Source of the DNA: Dromaius novaehollandiae
Lineage: Eukaryota
DNA length: 64,000 bases
NCBI RefSeq assembly: GCF_036370855.1
Contig: NC_088098.1
Span: 199,927,336-199,991,335 of the forward strand
Direction of reading: 5' to 3'
Position numbers and translations under genes: made by a program. Positions 1 through 14,992 of the stretch are shown here, piece after piece; positions within the stretch are counted from its first letter, which is position 1, and each line of letters starts with the position of its first letter. The notes beneath the pieces are model-generated. The model worked only from the letters and a program-made list of their open reading frames with translations, was not told the origin of the DNA and made no database searches.

Positions 1-3000
1 ATTCTGCTTCTCACAAGGTCCATTGCATAACAGTGCAGGTATTCTTGTCTATTTTCATAACCTAGTTTCTAACCCTTTAGCCCTTAAACTAAAATTTTGA
101 AAAGATCACTTGTGGACAGTTACTTTAACTAATAATTCACTGATAGTAAGTCTTCACTACAAATAGATTTCACTCTAAGGTATTAGCTGTTTTCATTTGA
201 TTCTTGAAAGAATTTCAGCCAGCTCTTAAGTTGTAGAAAAATACTGATGCAGGATGACAAGATTCTTTAGTTTTCTGTGCTCTGATTGTGAAGCAGTAGC
301 TGAAAAACACTTCCAGACTGAAACAGTGTGCCCAAAATACGGAATTCGGTTGCAGAATAGCAGTGGTGTTTGGAAGCCTTTACTGTCATGAAAAACAAAT
401 TTTTTCCTCTTTCTTTGATGGTATTTTAGTCCACACTTTGTGTAAAGAAATTACGTCTCTGATCTAGTTTTCCTTTTTGATTGTAAAAATATATATATAT
501 ATACACTCATGTTCTGCCAGATGTTACAGGCTCTCTTATAGATAGAATGAGTTAGAATATTCTGGATTTAAAAAGAATCAGATAAGAGAAAGAGGGACAT
601 GTGAAATAGAAATAAAAATCTGGTTGATGAACTAATGGTTCTTAGGCATTATAAAGAAGATGAAAGAGCATGTGGACTACTGTCTCTTATAAATATAAAA
701 GTTGTATTTGGAAAGTATGAAATTTAATTTTTCTTGGCCAAGACACAAGAGCAGCAAGTATGCTATATTAATAAACCTGGCTGTCCTGTGTTGGTTTAGA
801 TTTTGATGGCCACTTAAAATCTCACAAGTCATATTAAAGCTAGTCTTAAGAAAAAAGGTGGCTTACAGCAGTATCTTTGAGGTAATAGCAGTATAGGGAT
901 TGTTCATTCTTGAATATTTTCAGTACCTGTAATCAGATTGCATTAATAAGACTTTAGTTGCTATAGATGACTAACTTTGAGTGTTACCATGTACTTGTGG
1001 CTTTTAAATACTTGCTTAATGAAGTTGTACAGTTGAGTAGAGTTGTATCCAATTTTCTTGTTAATTCTTTATAAAATGTACTAGTATATGTTACAAGGCA
1101 TGTTAAGACTGACATTTTTAATATGATGCTATGTTAGTTGTCTTACATGTTACTAACAAACAATTTTCCTTTGGAATATTTCTTTCTAATATTTATTATA
1201 TGGCTTTAAAATACAGTCTGTTTTAAGTAAAATAATTCTGTGAATTTTTTAAGGAATAACTTTAGCTTGAAGAAGAGTTATTTTTTGGCCTATGTTAACA
1301 CCTTTTGGCTTTTCTGTGGGGTTTAGATGTTGAGGTCTTCTCTCAGCAACAGAGGGCTCTACAAATGGTGTAGAAGGGAAGTGAGGGAAGGTCTCACAAA
1401 AGTTGAAGACCTTTCTTGTTTGTTACCCAAACAAAAAGCAAAGGGCAAAGACATGCAACATGGAGGTTTTTCACAAATGAAAGCTTAGTGAGGGAATAAA
1501 CTGTATAAATGCCAATTTAAATAACTAATTGCTGTACCTTTTTTGTTCATTTATTTTGAAAGAAATTGCTCAATTTTAATAATTACATTATTTTAGAATA
1601 TTATTTAAATGATGGGATTATTTATGTAAGAAATGCGCTGAATTAATAATCTTTTTTCCATAAGAGAAATCATAATTTCTGGTCAATAGGTATAATTACC
1701 ATTGTAACTGTCATTAGGAATGCTTTTCCAGTAAGTGCTAAAAGCATTTGTATGTGTGTGTTCATATAAATATGAATATGCGTGTGTATATATATGCACA
1801 CACAGTATATTCCAATATGTTTTTACATACATGTATAGATCTGTGTTTAATGCAATGTATATTACTGTTTTTATGGATTAGATTCTTGCAATTTTGGTAT
1901 TTTTAGCTGTGTAACTTAAATCAGTGAGTCAGCTTCAGTTATATTCATGACTTGAATCAGCAAGGAGGAAATTGGCTTAAGCCATCTGCTCTAGCCTTGT
2001 TAGAATGTTCTTCTCAAAGACTAAGTCCTATTGACAACTTATTAAACCTAATGAAAATTCTTGTTGTATTTGCTGCATGAAAATAGGAGTGTATAGCTTC
2101 ATATATATTGTAGCGGTTCCTTAGTTTAATGGGCTTGCATACTTAATTTTGTATGATACAGGAGAGCTCATTTTTTCCAACTCCTATATAGAAACAGTCA
2201 TTTGGTTCACAGACTGAAGAGCGGTTTAGGTTAGAATGGATGTCAGGAATCATCTAGTACAGCTCTCGACGTGAGAGGCTAGCTCTGGCTTTAGGTCAGG
2301 TTGCTCAGGGAAATGCCCAGAAATCTTTCATTTTGAAATGAGATCAATATTTTTCATTTACAGTTATTTAAAGTTACTGCCTCTGGGATAATTGGAACTA
2401 TTTTTCGTTACTGCAACTTCAGAGATTTTACATACAGGTCCTAACCTATGAGTAAAAGCTGAGGGTGAAAGGTAAAATGAGGGAGGAGAAGGCTTTTTTA
2501 CTTTAACTCCTAACTGGCAACTTAACTTTTAATGAGCTAGTCATTGGAGTGAACTGGTAGAAATTCTGAAGAAAACATACATAATGTGTAGCAAAAGTAT
2601 CCCGTACATTCTAGTTTTGGATGCGTAACCAGTGATTTTAACCACTTCAATGATTAATGTCTTTAAAATACAGCCCTCTTTCAGTAAAATATGATTTTGT
2701 GTAAATAGTAGCTGATAGTTACTATTTTGTTCTGTCAGTCCGCGATGGAAGGGAAAAATTTATGATTAAGGGAAGCTATGCCAAAATTAGTTATGCTTCC
2801 TAGAAAGACCTTTGGAAATAGTTTTTATTACCTAGAAAGACTTAATGAAATAAATCAGTCTTAGAAGAAAATAATAGATTCTAGTAAGAGGTACAGAAAT
2901 GTCTTGCATATTTTGTCAAATATGAAGTTTGCTAGAGCGCAAATTCAGGTTCCACATAAAGTAAAAAGGTAAGAAAATCAGTAGTGTGAATTAATATTTT

Positions 3001-6000
3001 GTGGTGAACACACAACTTTGATAACTGTGCTTATTTATGAAGTTACTGATTTTTAATGTGCAAATTTGAGTTGATGTGGGAAATATGTTTTAATAAGGCA
3101 TTTTTGATGCTGTGTCTTGTTATTTGGTCACCATTTCTTAGATGAAAGGTGAGTGGATAGCGTTACGTAAATCAGGAACTGCATTTCTCGGCCACAGACA
3201 CTTGAAGGGAACTATATAATATGTCTTCCGATATGAACAGATACTTAATATTTCTGTTGATATCTTGCTTTTTCATGTTCTAAATTATTCAGTGATACAT
3301 ATTCCACTTCATACAAATTTTTTGACAATTTTGTTACAATGAATGCTATGTCATTTGGAGACAAGTTTTTTAATATCTTTGTACCGCTGAAATTACAAGG
3401 CATGTTCCCAGGAAGAAGAAGTAATGTCAGTTTGTCAAAACAATGTCAGTACTGTTGATTAAAAAAAAAAAGTTTGTCAGTTTTGTAACTACTTGTGTTT
3501 CCATTTTCAATGTGAGAGAGGAATGGCATCTGATGAAAGCTCTCCTGTATCTCATCCAGGTTCCTTTTCAAAACTGATAAATTTCATGATGTTATGGGGA
3601 GCAGATTTAAGAATGTACTAATATCTTTTAAAAAATAGAAGAATCATCCTGGCAGTTTTCTGTTTGCTTAGACTACTGGTATCAATGGTGATTGAAGTGT
3701 AAGAACGTTGCTATGCAGGATACGTATCGAGTGCTCAAGAAATCTCATTTACAATGCTTGTAAAAAGGGCAGAATCCATAAAATATAAAATGTACAATGT
3801 GTATGTAATTTGAAAACTGGGAATACTCAATATTTTCATGTAGAACTAGTTTTTACAGTTGGCATTAAAAGGAATTGAAAATGTGAGGAAGTCTAACTTA
3901 TTTTTAATATGTATGTCTAAAATAACTAGCAAGTACAATGCTGTAGTTGCAATTGTATCACATTTTCTAAAAGCAAATTATTCAGATGAATCATACCTTT
4001 TTGAGTTTTGTTGTTATCAAGTCCTAAAGCATCTTATTAGAATCATGCAAAAGAGAAGTCATTAGGAAATTTGTCTTTTGAGTTGTGTGAAGAATTGTCC
4101 TTTGACAGTAGTGTTTGCTTTCCTTTGATCCCATTGTTCTTTCTAGGATTTCCCTAAAGTTTATGTTACACTTTATTACGCACCCTTTGTCTTTCATGGT
4201 TTACTTTTCCCCCTGTAATTCTATATTATCCGTTTTTCTTGTTCTCTTCCAGTTCGAGTCCTTTTACCAGACACTGTGCAACTTCAGAGGTTCTTAACCA
4301 CCTCCCTACCTATTTCTCTAGTAACTGTTTAACCTTCCTCTCTCTAGCTGCTCAATTTTAACTCCCTGTTATGGGTACTTACGGGTGGCTTCAGGAAAAG
4401 GGCTGAAGCAGGCTACTACTGAAAAGAAGAATGGGCAATCACATAGTGAGAAAAGAAGCCCTGAGAAGATGATCTAGTTCTCATTCTTATGTTTCACAAA
4501 GGGCTTGTGTGTCCAAGAACAGAGCCTTCAGGTAGGCTAGAATATCAGCCAGGTGTGGCTCGGCTGCTTCACTCTAACTGCTTATTGATATTCCTTTTTT
4601 GGTGGCATTTTAGACAAATGCCATGGAATGGTGCACTTAACTGCAGGAACTTGTTCATACATACATAGTAAAAAGTTGTCTAGGTCATGAGGTGTGTGGG
4701 ATAGGACTGAGTTTTTGTCAACATTGGGCTCCTTCAAATATGAAGTTTTGTAAATGATCTTATCTAAATATGTTTTTATAGTTACTATGTGAAGTTTTTA
4801 ATTACATTCATGATGTATGCTGTAAGCTTACATTTGAAGCTGAGTATTTCCTCTGACGGGATTTCTTTTATATGTGCTAATTCAGTGTTAATTTTATAGA
4901 TGAAGAATTTCCCCATGCCAAAAATTCAACAGAATGTTACAAATTATGAAAATAAAACAATAGGAAGAGAGGAATAATAGTTTTTGGTAGGCGTGTTGAC
5001 AGATTATTAGACAGCAGAGATGATAAGGCCCTTCAGTGGATCACGAGCCTAAAGCTGAAATGTTTTTTACATGGTAATAAGTCAACACCAAAGTTAAAGA
5101 TGCAAAGTGGCAAATACTTACTTTGGGCTTATTGTTACAAAGATTAAACCAGCAGGAAAAAAAGTAAAAATTCCTACAGCCCTTCGTGCCTTTCATTCCC
5201 CCTTTACCTCATGTTTGTTGTACTAACTGTTAATTGAAGACTTGTAGCATTTATGGCAAGCTGAGAAATTAAGGGTATATTAAAGTTTATCGATGCTTCT
5301 GTTCTTCACAAAGAAAATAGTTCTAGTAATGAGTACACTTCTGTAGCTCTATATTTAATATTCTTCTCTACCTGGTTTCATACTCAGCCCTGCCTTGTAT
5401 AGCACTTTTCACATGAAGTACTGTGCAGTGGAATTGGAGATACTTAAATTCTTGTTTTGTGTTGCAAGAATTGGAAGTGTCCCAAATTAGATTATGGGCA
5501 GTAATCCAAAGTCTGATACATTCAGTTGTAGCTAAAGAATATCCCTTGTCTCTTTGTGGCTTCTCTGAGGTAATTTGTTTATACACACACAAACACTTGC
5601 ATATCCACATGATGGATGTAAATAGATAGCCATGGTGTCATTCTACCATGCTGGGCTAAGGATTGGCATTAGTGATGAAATACCACATTTTTTCCTTCTA
5701 TCTTCTAATGTCAGGGCTGAGGTATAATAGTGGACTGATAACAGAGTTGTATACTGTTTTTTGTGACTAACTGGCCGGTATCAATTTATGGATGTGATTG
5801 CCCCGCGGAGATACTGATACTACTTAAATGCTAGTACACATTGCTCTGGAAGGTTTGACAAAATTGCATGGTTCTGTGGGATATAAAGGTTTAAGGTGGG
5901 TTATAGGGTTGGAAGGAGGAGGTCCTTCTTAAGATGTTTGTCAGTTGACTTTCACAGCTGGACTTTAAGACCTGCCTTTGTCTCTTGGTCATGAGCCCTA

Positions 6001-7498
6001 ACTTTTCTTCTCTTCATTAAGCAGCATTTCATCCAGAATGGTGTTTAATCATTATTCTTATATTAAATATACTTACTAGACTAATATGATTTACCAGAAA
6101 CAAAACTATTGACCCAAGAATGTTTTATCATACACGTTATGGCAACTTCCTATACCAGGATATCTTTACAAAACTATTGACTCCTGTCAGATATTGGTGA
6201 TTGCTACTTTAAATGTGCAAAGGTAGAAGACTCTCAGATTTGTCATCCAAAAGATGATTGAATGAAAAAGGACCTTGATAAAACTAGAAATACTATGAAT
6301 GCATTTTGATATGGTTAATATTTCAGTTTAAAAGTTACTTTTAGCAAGGCTGATTCAGTTGCTCAGGATAATGGAATTTGTTTCAAAGGGCGTCTGAATT
6401 TATACTCATAAATCGTAAGTGGAATGATTTTCAGAAAACCAGGTAATTTTTTTCTTTTCACATATGCTTATTGTTAAGACGCATGTGTGTTGACTGTAGG
6501 ATGGAATATACTTTGGCATTCTTGTGGAAGATTCTTAAGAAAAATCTTGTTTTTTGGTACAGATTTGGTTTTTTTCCTTTTGAACTGTGAAATTTGTTCT
6601 GTTTCATCCTCTTGATGTAAACGGTAATATTAGAATCACCTAGAATTTTAATTGTCTGTGATAGGTGTACTTTGTTCTCCCCTAAGTAATTTTTGCCAAT
6701 CTGGTTCTACTTTTAGTTTTAAGTATTGTTTCCTTGCAGGCCGTGGTTCATGATCAGTAATGTCAGTGTTTTTTTCTGGTGGGTAATCGAGAATCGGTTG
6801 AATCTGGATCAATTTGGCATATCATTGTATTTGTCTGTTTAGCATAAATGCATGTTACATAGTTTGATACTGCATTTTTATGCTAGCTGCAAGAAGAGGG
6901 TACAGTACCTGATCTGGCATAACAATAGCATGGGATAAGTGATTTATCAAAAAATGTGCCACCACTCAGTTAACAGTCAAAATTATTTGAACAAAGTTGA
7001 ACTGGCAGATTAACTTTATATGCCATAGTATAACCCATCCAAGCTTGGTTTCAGATCAACAGAAGCATTTTTGAGTCATAAAGCCAGATTGACTGTATTA
7101 TTGAACCACGGCCCTTAGGCAACATGGTAATAAGACATCTTTATTTACACTTTAATACATAAATATACTGCTTTTTATTAATGAAAATACTGAAGGTGGA
7201 TTTATGTGCAGTTGATCATATTACTCTTCGGAAACTTTAGATGGCTGAATCTGATAAACGAACCTTTTGATTTAATCTTCCTTTAGCATTGTGCAAAAAT
7301 GCACAATATTGTTCTGTTGAACTTATTACTGCATTCCATTTTATAAAAGCAGGGGAATATATTTAACTTTATTCCTTGTACACTTTTGTAATCAATGGAA
7401 ACTTTTAAAACTTGAAAATCTTTATTTTCATGGAGTAAATGGGAATGTTTAAGTTCTAAGAATGATAGGTTGACCATGAAAACTATGTTTACTTTCAG

Positions 7499-7556
7499 AG
7501 AGAACAGGAAATGAGAATGGGTGATATGGGTCCTCGTGGAGCAATAAACATGGGAG
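7499..7556 (+). CDS. PSPC1: PSPC1 coding exon encoding REQEMRMGDMGPRGAINMG plus the first nt of the next codon
   Basis: Polypyrimidine tract and AG acceptor (tgtttactttcag|AGAGAACAGG, AG at 7497-7498); GT donor (tgggag|gtaggg, GT at 7557-7558). The peptide REQEMRMGDMGPRGAINMG is the PSPC1 segment just C-terminal to the DBHS coiled coil. The phase joins the next exon to give NMG-D-AFSPAP. Confidence 0.85.
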
Positions 7557-10500
7557 GTAGGGATCTGAAGGAAAAAGGCTTCTGTAATTTAAAATTTCAT
7601 TTCTTTGGGACTGTACATGTTACTCATAGGTACTATTCATTTGTGACAAGTACTGGTTAAAAGGAATAAACAGTTTCATATTAGGAAATACAAAATCTCA
7701 CCCATTTTGCTTGCGAACAGCTGACTTTTTTTTTCCAGTGAGTATCTGTTTGTATTTTACTTTGAATACATGTGGAAGAAAAAATGATGCACAAGTTAGG
7801 AGAAATAAAAAGGCAGGAAAAGAGGATAATCTTGAATTCATCTGATGAATCAGATATCAGATCAGATATCTGCATATCTGATCCGATATCTAAATCTTTT
7901 GTTGTTTAAGAAGTGTTCAGAGTTATTTTGGGGGGCTACCTGATCAGAAAAATCGTGACTGTAATTGCATGCAGTGAAATGATTTAGAACTTAAAAGAAG
8001 TCAGTTCTTGTTGACATACTCAACAAAAGATTAATGAATAATGAGATTGGTATCTTAATTTATTGCAAGTCTGTACTTGCAAATATTCTCAGTTGACTTT
8101 TGTGGTTTATAGTATTGTCACTGCTAAAAACTGGTACTGTGAAGTCTTAAAAAGTATGTTCTTAAAAATTAGCACTTGCTCCATATATTCAGACTGAAAC
8201 AATTAGGATTTTTTTGTTTAACCAGAATATCTGCTTTTAAACAATACTGAACTTGGACTATTTCTTGAAAAACAATCTTACTAAATGATGTTAACTATCA
8301 ATGTATGTCGTTAGGAAGCTTCCTAATGTTTATAAAAACAACAAAATAATTGTATACTTAAAAGTATCATTCTTATGTCTTCTAAATTTGAAAGTATTTG
8401 CAAAGTTTATTAGATGCTGTGGCTTAACTTTGCTAATGTGAATTTATACATTAATTTATTTGTTCAGCCCAGGTTTTAAATACCTTACTCACTTCATTGC
8501 ATTCACCAACAGCAACATGTTTACAAGTGTGCAAAACTTTTTTTTTCCTTTTGGAAAATATTTTTGAAAGCTTTAAAAATAATTTTAAAGGAAGATATTG
8601 TAAAGACCAAATAATCTAGAAATAATATTCTGAGGCACAAATTTTGATTGAGAATTTTTACTTTATAGTTGTATTTTTGCTTATTGTTTATGTGCTCTAC
8701 TTGAAAATTCCATTTAATTAGGAAACTTAAAATATTGATACTGTGGAAACTTCTAATGTCAATTTTCCGGATCTGCAACATATGCTTCTTACATACAGAT
8801 TCTAAATCTTCCTAGATGCATGCGTATGTGTAGCAGTCAGTTCACTGCCCTTCACTTTTCTTACCAGATTTTAATGCTTAATATTTAGATCCATCATAGT
8901 CTTGTTTGATAAGGTTTTGGCTTTGACTTTTGATTTAAACTTACTAAAAATGACTACTTTTAGAAATAAATGTGTAATTCCAGAAGAGGTTATAGTAACA
9001 GCTAATTGCTTTTTTAAAGGGGGAAAATATCATAGCAAGTAGGTGAAGATATTGCTTTTTTCATAGTATGTGGATTTTAGGTTAGTTTGCTGTAGAGCTT
9101 GCTTTTTTTTTATTTTTATTTTTTTTTAAGCCCAATAAAAGCACCAATGTTTCAGTAGACCTTTAAACAGTAGTCCTTTAATTGTTGGTCCTAATGCATC
9201 TTTCTCACTTACTGTTGCTCTTGGAACTGTAACTTTATTTTTAGCTGGCTTTTACATGTGCTACTTAAAACTTTTATCTGGGACAGTGGGGAACTGGGAT
9301 GTCTTCAGTAGTTGAAGAACCTGCATGATAGGATTATTGAAAAGCAAGGTACCATTGTGCTGTGTTTAATTAGCATAGAGCTGACTTGTGCAAGAGCACT
9401 CACCTATACATTGTTGTCTGCAGCAAACAAGTTCTGAGAGAATATGAGCCACATGATAGCATTTGTCTGGATCTGCAGTGCTGGGTCCAGCTAATCATCC
9501 TTTCTCTAATATAGAGAAGAGTAACTTCATGGGAATTGTCTCTCCTTTGAGAATTGTTGGCTGTGGCTTACAGTCAGCTGTGTCAGACCTTCACATGTGC
9601 AACATGGATGTTTAGAGTGTATGTAACTTTGTCACAGTTGAAGGGTAATTGGACATGAATTACACGTGGCCAACTGGGCTATGCCAAGTTTAATTAGTGC
9701 CCTGGTAAACATGCTATAGATAATAGAGTGTGGACTGGTTTTAGTTAATTGCAGTACCAGCACTGAGCACTGCCATTGTGATAGTCATGCTGGGTACTCG
9801 TAGCCTCTGAAAACAAAGGTTTCTCTTTGTGTTGGCAGTTCTGTATTCCTCTCCCTTTCCTTCCATATTTAGTCCTTAAATGGCAACTTAGGCAACTTGC
9901 AGTGGGCACTAATGTAGATGATCAGGCCTAAGTCTGCAATTTTAGCAGCGATATCTTGGATGTAGTGATTCACTGACTGCTGTGATACTTGTGCTCAGCG
10001 CAGGTTATCAAGATGCAGTTTTGCATACATGCAGGTGGTCAAAGAACTGCATTTGGTCTAAATGACCTGCTTCCAATGATGCTCATTTTTATATTCCTAA
10101 CTGGAAAAGTTGTAGTTCTGATGAGAGATTGATTTTTTGGAACGGAAATGACAAATAAGTTTTAGTTTGGCAGCATGTCTGTTATTTCTTGATTGGGCCC
10201 AGGTGTTGCCATGACTTAACATGGCCTAGTTTCCCAAGGCTCATTGCCTTCTATTATCAAATGTTGGATGCACACTCTCAGTTGAATAGGATGGATTGTC
10301 AATGTGGAAAAACAGTACATGACCACCAATCTTAAAAGTTGATGGTATCTCATAATAGCAGACATTGATATGATTTATATAATCAGACCTTTTCTGTCTT
10401 ATAACAACATTATAAAATGTTACAAGTGCAGTTTTACTTACCTGTTGAGCATATTAGTGAGTACTGACAGAGTGATGTTTTGTGGAAGATTAAGGTGCCC

Positions 10501-11215
10501 TACTAAATATTGTAGCTAAATGATCTCCTCAAAGGATATTTTTGAGTTTTTCTACCTCTTACTGTGAATCAGAAGTTTGGAGGAGGCCGTGCTCCTTTTT
10601 CAAACGTCACTTTCAATTACAACAAAACTTTCTTTAATCTTCTGGTATTTTTACTATAATAAATGAGATTTAAATGCTAGATTTCTTTCTACCATGTTAC
10701 AAATCATGTGTTGTAAAGCTGAGTGCCACTTTTGCTATTGCTTTTAGATGTTAGACTAATGTCCTGTAACACTGTATACACCTGATGTTAATATTGGTGG
10801 AACAGTTCTTGTGTACCTAATACGACGTTATAATCTTGACAGAGCCAGGTTGCCTTATAGTATGAATTGCTGCAAGTTCAATTGACATTTTTTTCTAATT
10901 TGTGATGTGTACAGTCTATATAGATATTATATGAACACTTAAATTTCTGTGCAAAAACAGTACAGCTATATTTAGCTGCAAAATTCATGATTCTCAGAGA
11001 AGGCAGATGATATAATGCAAAATAAAGGGATTAATGAAAATCTGTTTAAAAGCAGATGATTGAGATAAATGTACAGTCTCAAAGAATAAAGAATAAGTTT
11101 TTGTATTTCAAGTATTGGAAGTCTTGTACATTTGGCTTTTTAAATACTGTAAATTGTTTGTTTGTTCTTGTAAAATTCAGATAGGACAGCTCTAAGTATA
11201 GATTGTTTTGCATAG

Positions 11216-11385
11216 ATGCGTTTAGCCCAGCACCTGCTGGTAACCAAGGCCCTCCTCCAATGATGGGTATGAATATGAACAACAGAGGAACTTTACCTGG
11301 CCCTGCAATGGGTCCTGGTCCTTCCATGGGGCCGGAAGGAGCTGCAAATATGGGAACACCAATGATGCCAGATAATGGAGCAGTG
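11216..11385 (+). CDS. PSPC1: PSPC1 coding exon (Gly/Pro/Met-rich low-complexity tail): (D)[56 protein letters not shown]
   Basis: AG acceptor at 11214-11215 (ttttgcatag|ATGCG); GT donor gtaatg at 11386. The reading frame is anchored by track ORF 11203..11418, which reads through the donor. The peptide matches the human PSPC1 C-terminal region (...[16 protein letters not shown]...[19 protein letters not shown]) almost residue for residue. Confidence 0.9.
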
Positions 11386-14300
11386 GTAATGTATCACAAA
11401 TTTAATTACTTTGAATAGCTGTCATGTCTCATGGCACATTTTTATTACCAAAGATATTTTCACACTGAGTAAGAGTGTGTTGTATGTTTTGAGTCTGTTA
11501 AAAGTAATTGGTAAGACTTGCTTGTTCATGAAATCATTTGCAACACAGAAGGGAAATCTTTATTTGATATTAGAAGAAAATTGTGAAAATCCTCCCCCCT
11601 CAGGAATGGGGTGAGTTCTTTGGTCAGTAACCAGACTCTTTAAATTGAGGATGGAAGGTACAATGCTTCTGGTAAAATTTTGCATGTATTATTTGTCATG
11701 CAAAACTCTTATGCAAGGAAATCACTTCTGTGAAATGTAGAAAGAACGATATACCAGAGTAACCTGTAAATTTAGGTATTTGCTATTTTTCTTTTGTGAA
11801 ATTAAATTGTGTACACTAGCCTGTTTTTTTCCCCAATCAGGTGATCAGTTAGATGTTAAAAGGTATGTGTAGTGTGAAGATATCTTTGTGTAAACTACTA
11901 ATTTTTTAAAGTGACTTTAGTGTTCATGTATTTCCTTTCTAACAGTGTGTTGAACGCACCAGTAGAGATCATGACAGTAATTACACCCCTTAGAGAATAA
12001 GTATACCAATAACTGTTAGGGATAATTGCTATATCAATGTAAGAAAAAGAATATTGCCTAGTTGCCAAGGTCAGGTAGGAATGTGCTGTTGACATTCCGA
12101 ACGAACATATCAAGAGCAGATATACTATTGGTCTGCAGTCACAGCACTAGCCGTTTCCACTCTGTTCTCATAGCCATTCACTTTTCCTAGCTGTAATGTC
12201 TTATGTAGAGAAACAACTATGTCATTTTTAATACCTGATTTTTACATGGTCTCAGTATTCTTGTGTAAATAGATATCTGGGATGTTCTAGTGATAGTGTG
12301 ATATAAAGGAGCATGTGTAGTAAACAGTGATTCTGTTAGTTTTACTGGAACACTGTGGCATTTTATAGATTAAATTTCTTTTGGATATCCCACCTCAAAA
12401 GAAAAAAAGAAGAGTCAGTGACTTGAGTGGCCCATATTATGAAGTGTTGGTAAAATCCTTTGTTCCTTGGGGGAAACTGAGATTTTTGGCCAAGTGCAAA
12501 ATACTACTTGAATCTGGTATTTATCAGTTGGAAGATCTCACTTCACAGCATAGGAACGAGCTCATTTTATCAGTTGAATCATTTCTCACAAAGGGGCTGA
12601 GGAGGAAGTACTGCTGTCAGAGATGCTTTTTGCTGGAAACTACTGTTACTGCATTGTGTCACTTCTGAACTTACACCCCACTCAACGTATTTCTTGTTAG
12701 TTTTTGGGTTTTTTCTCCTTACAAAAAGAAATGTAGGGAAAATTGCTGGTGCAGTTTTACAAGACTGAAGGTTGGAGAACTTAATTTTGATGTTTTCTGG
12801 TCACCTCTGGAACATTCTCTTTTGAACAGGTGTGAGGAAAGAACATGGGATCTTAAATCTCAGACTGTTGTTTTTCTACAAAAAGTCATTTCAGGTGTGG
12901 AAATGTAGGAAATTTACTGACATTTCCGAATGGCTGGATAGAGTGGTACGCCTGTCCAAAAAGACCACAAATACTTCGACTTGTGTTTCCTTACTGTATG
13001 TCACTGAAGGACAAATTAAATAGATGCTTTTTTCATTTCGCACTTTCAAGGTTTTTAATTTGGGGAGTGGGCCTCTACAGAAAGGCATGGCCCTCTTGTA
13101 TTTTTGCTGTTGGAAAGGCACTTTTAAATCCCTTGAGGACTGTCTCCTAAAATGCTGTTACTGTTAATTTTTGTTTCCATTGGGAGAAAATAGACAATAG
13201 GAGTTATAGACAGTGAAGAAACGTAGTTTCCTCTTTTTTTTATATATTGTATGTTGTCCTGAATTTCTTCTTAGTGTTAGTTTTATTTTTGCTATTAAAT
13301 TGTGGTTATGTCTCTTATATAAAGAAAAAGTACTCCACAGCCCTCTTTTGGCCTTCAAAAAAATCAGGTCAATCTTTTTTTCTTTTTTCCCCACTGCTAC
13401 CTTTTGAGACAGAGTATTTTTGAATTTTTAAAAATAACATTTCTCATACTTTATTGTAGATAGTTAATGACTGCAGTTTTCTCTTCAGCTGGAGAGAGAG
13501 GTCCTTGGTGAAAATAGTTGTCATTTGTCCAGAAGTTAAACTGTAAAAATTATTAGGAGTATGCGATTAGGTATTTGTTGAAGATTGTTCGTATCCATTG
13601 CTAGCAAGCTGGTATGAGCTAGACAATTCTTAACTATCCACAGTGCTGCAGTTTTTAAAGCAGTTTGGGGCAATAGTAGATCTTTATGCTGCTGTCAAAC
13701 TATTTTAAAACTAAGCAATACATTTCCCTAGACGGTGTTGACTTTTTAACAATGTGTATATATATACACCCATGGTCTAAATTGCATATAATTATTTTAT
13801 CTATATAGGTGCAATAAAATGCTATTTTAGATTCATATTTATAAAAAATATGTATTAGCAGACTTTAGAACTGTTGAGCTTTACTAATATGACTGGAATT
13901 ATACTCTCAGAAGAATTCTTTTCTGATTCCAGCTTATAAATAAAGTGGTAATCTTTACTGTTCTGGTTGAACTTTGAATACCTGGCCAGTTAATTCAGGG
14001 CCCTGTACAGAAAGAATTTCTTTTGAAAGTATATCTGTTCTGAACAGCTGAATGCTGAATACATGATGACCTGTCTGCCCTGTATATGTGCCTTTAATAG
14101 CTTATGTTATGTTGAGGTAAGGTTTCAGATTTCATCATGTGGGGTTTTATTTTTAAATATTTGCAAAAGTATTGAACAATAAGTACTCAAATGAGTGTTT
14201 GCTGTTTTGATTCTTAATCGGTATAGCGAAATCTATGTAAGCACATTTATCTTTAATATTAGGCATAGAACCAAGGAAAATCAGAAATGTGGAACATTAA

Positions 14301-14992
14301 CTGGATTTTTCTTACATAGATATTTCAGGTTAAGCTTTAGGTATTTATCAGATAGGTATTTTTTAAACTAAGCATAGTGCAGTTATTTTATCACTGGTTA
14401 TATTTGTTTGAACTGGATTTTAAAAGTCTAGTTAAATATTCTTAAAATGCTGTACAAAAGGTTGACTACAGATAATATGGACTGAAATGCTTTATCTGCA
14501 GAACTTGGGTATTTTAAGTTTTCCGGTTGTATTGCTTTAAATAAACCTGCAATCTCTAGAAATACAAAAGCTACAGATTAATTTTTTTCTAACTTGACAA
14601 TGTTTCTGTGTCTATTTCAGTAAATGGAGAAGCATTGTAGTAGGTATGTAAGGCAGAAGAGGACTCTGGTATAAAATTGTTCACTGTCTCTTCTGTTACA
14701 TACAGAATAAATATTGCTTTGTGTTCAGTTATGCTTGAAGGGATGAAGTTACGTTCAACATCAGAGAGTTGGTCTTATTCTTAAATTTTTAATTTATTTT
14801 ACAAAGTTGGAGCATAACATTAGCAGTCTTTAATTTTCAGCTCCTTTTTAATAATAACTAATTGAATTGCTCCTTTCTTCCCTCTATGTGTGATCCTGAT
14901 TCTGCTGGACTATCTGCTGAACTTCATGACAACATCACTTGTGGTTTTTGTTGTAACTTACATTTGGCATGTTCCAAATGGACTTATATTAG

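Noticed and set aside
7835-7885. Short palindromic and tandem motif gaattcatctgatgaatcagatatcagatcagatatctgcatatctgatccgatatct
   Set aside because: It is an imperfect short repeat of gatatc and cagat units inside a PSPC1 intron. It is too short and degenerate to call a functional element.
11203-11418. Track ORFs 11203..11418 and 14862..15083 taken as intact genes
   Set aside because: 11203..11418 overlaps the real PSPC1 exon but starts at an upstream TTG in the intron and reads through the GT donor into the intron. 14862..15083 is an out-of-frame chance ORF across the PSPC1 terminal exon. Only the spliced exon models are meaningful.
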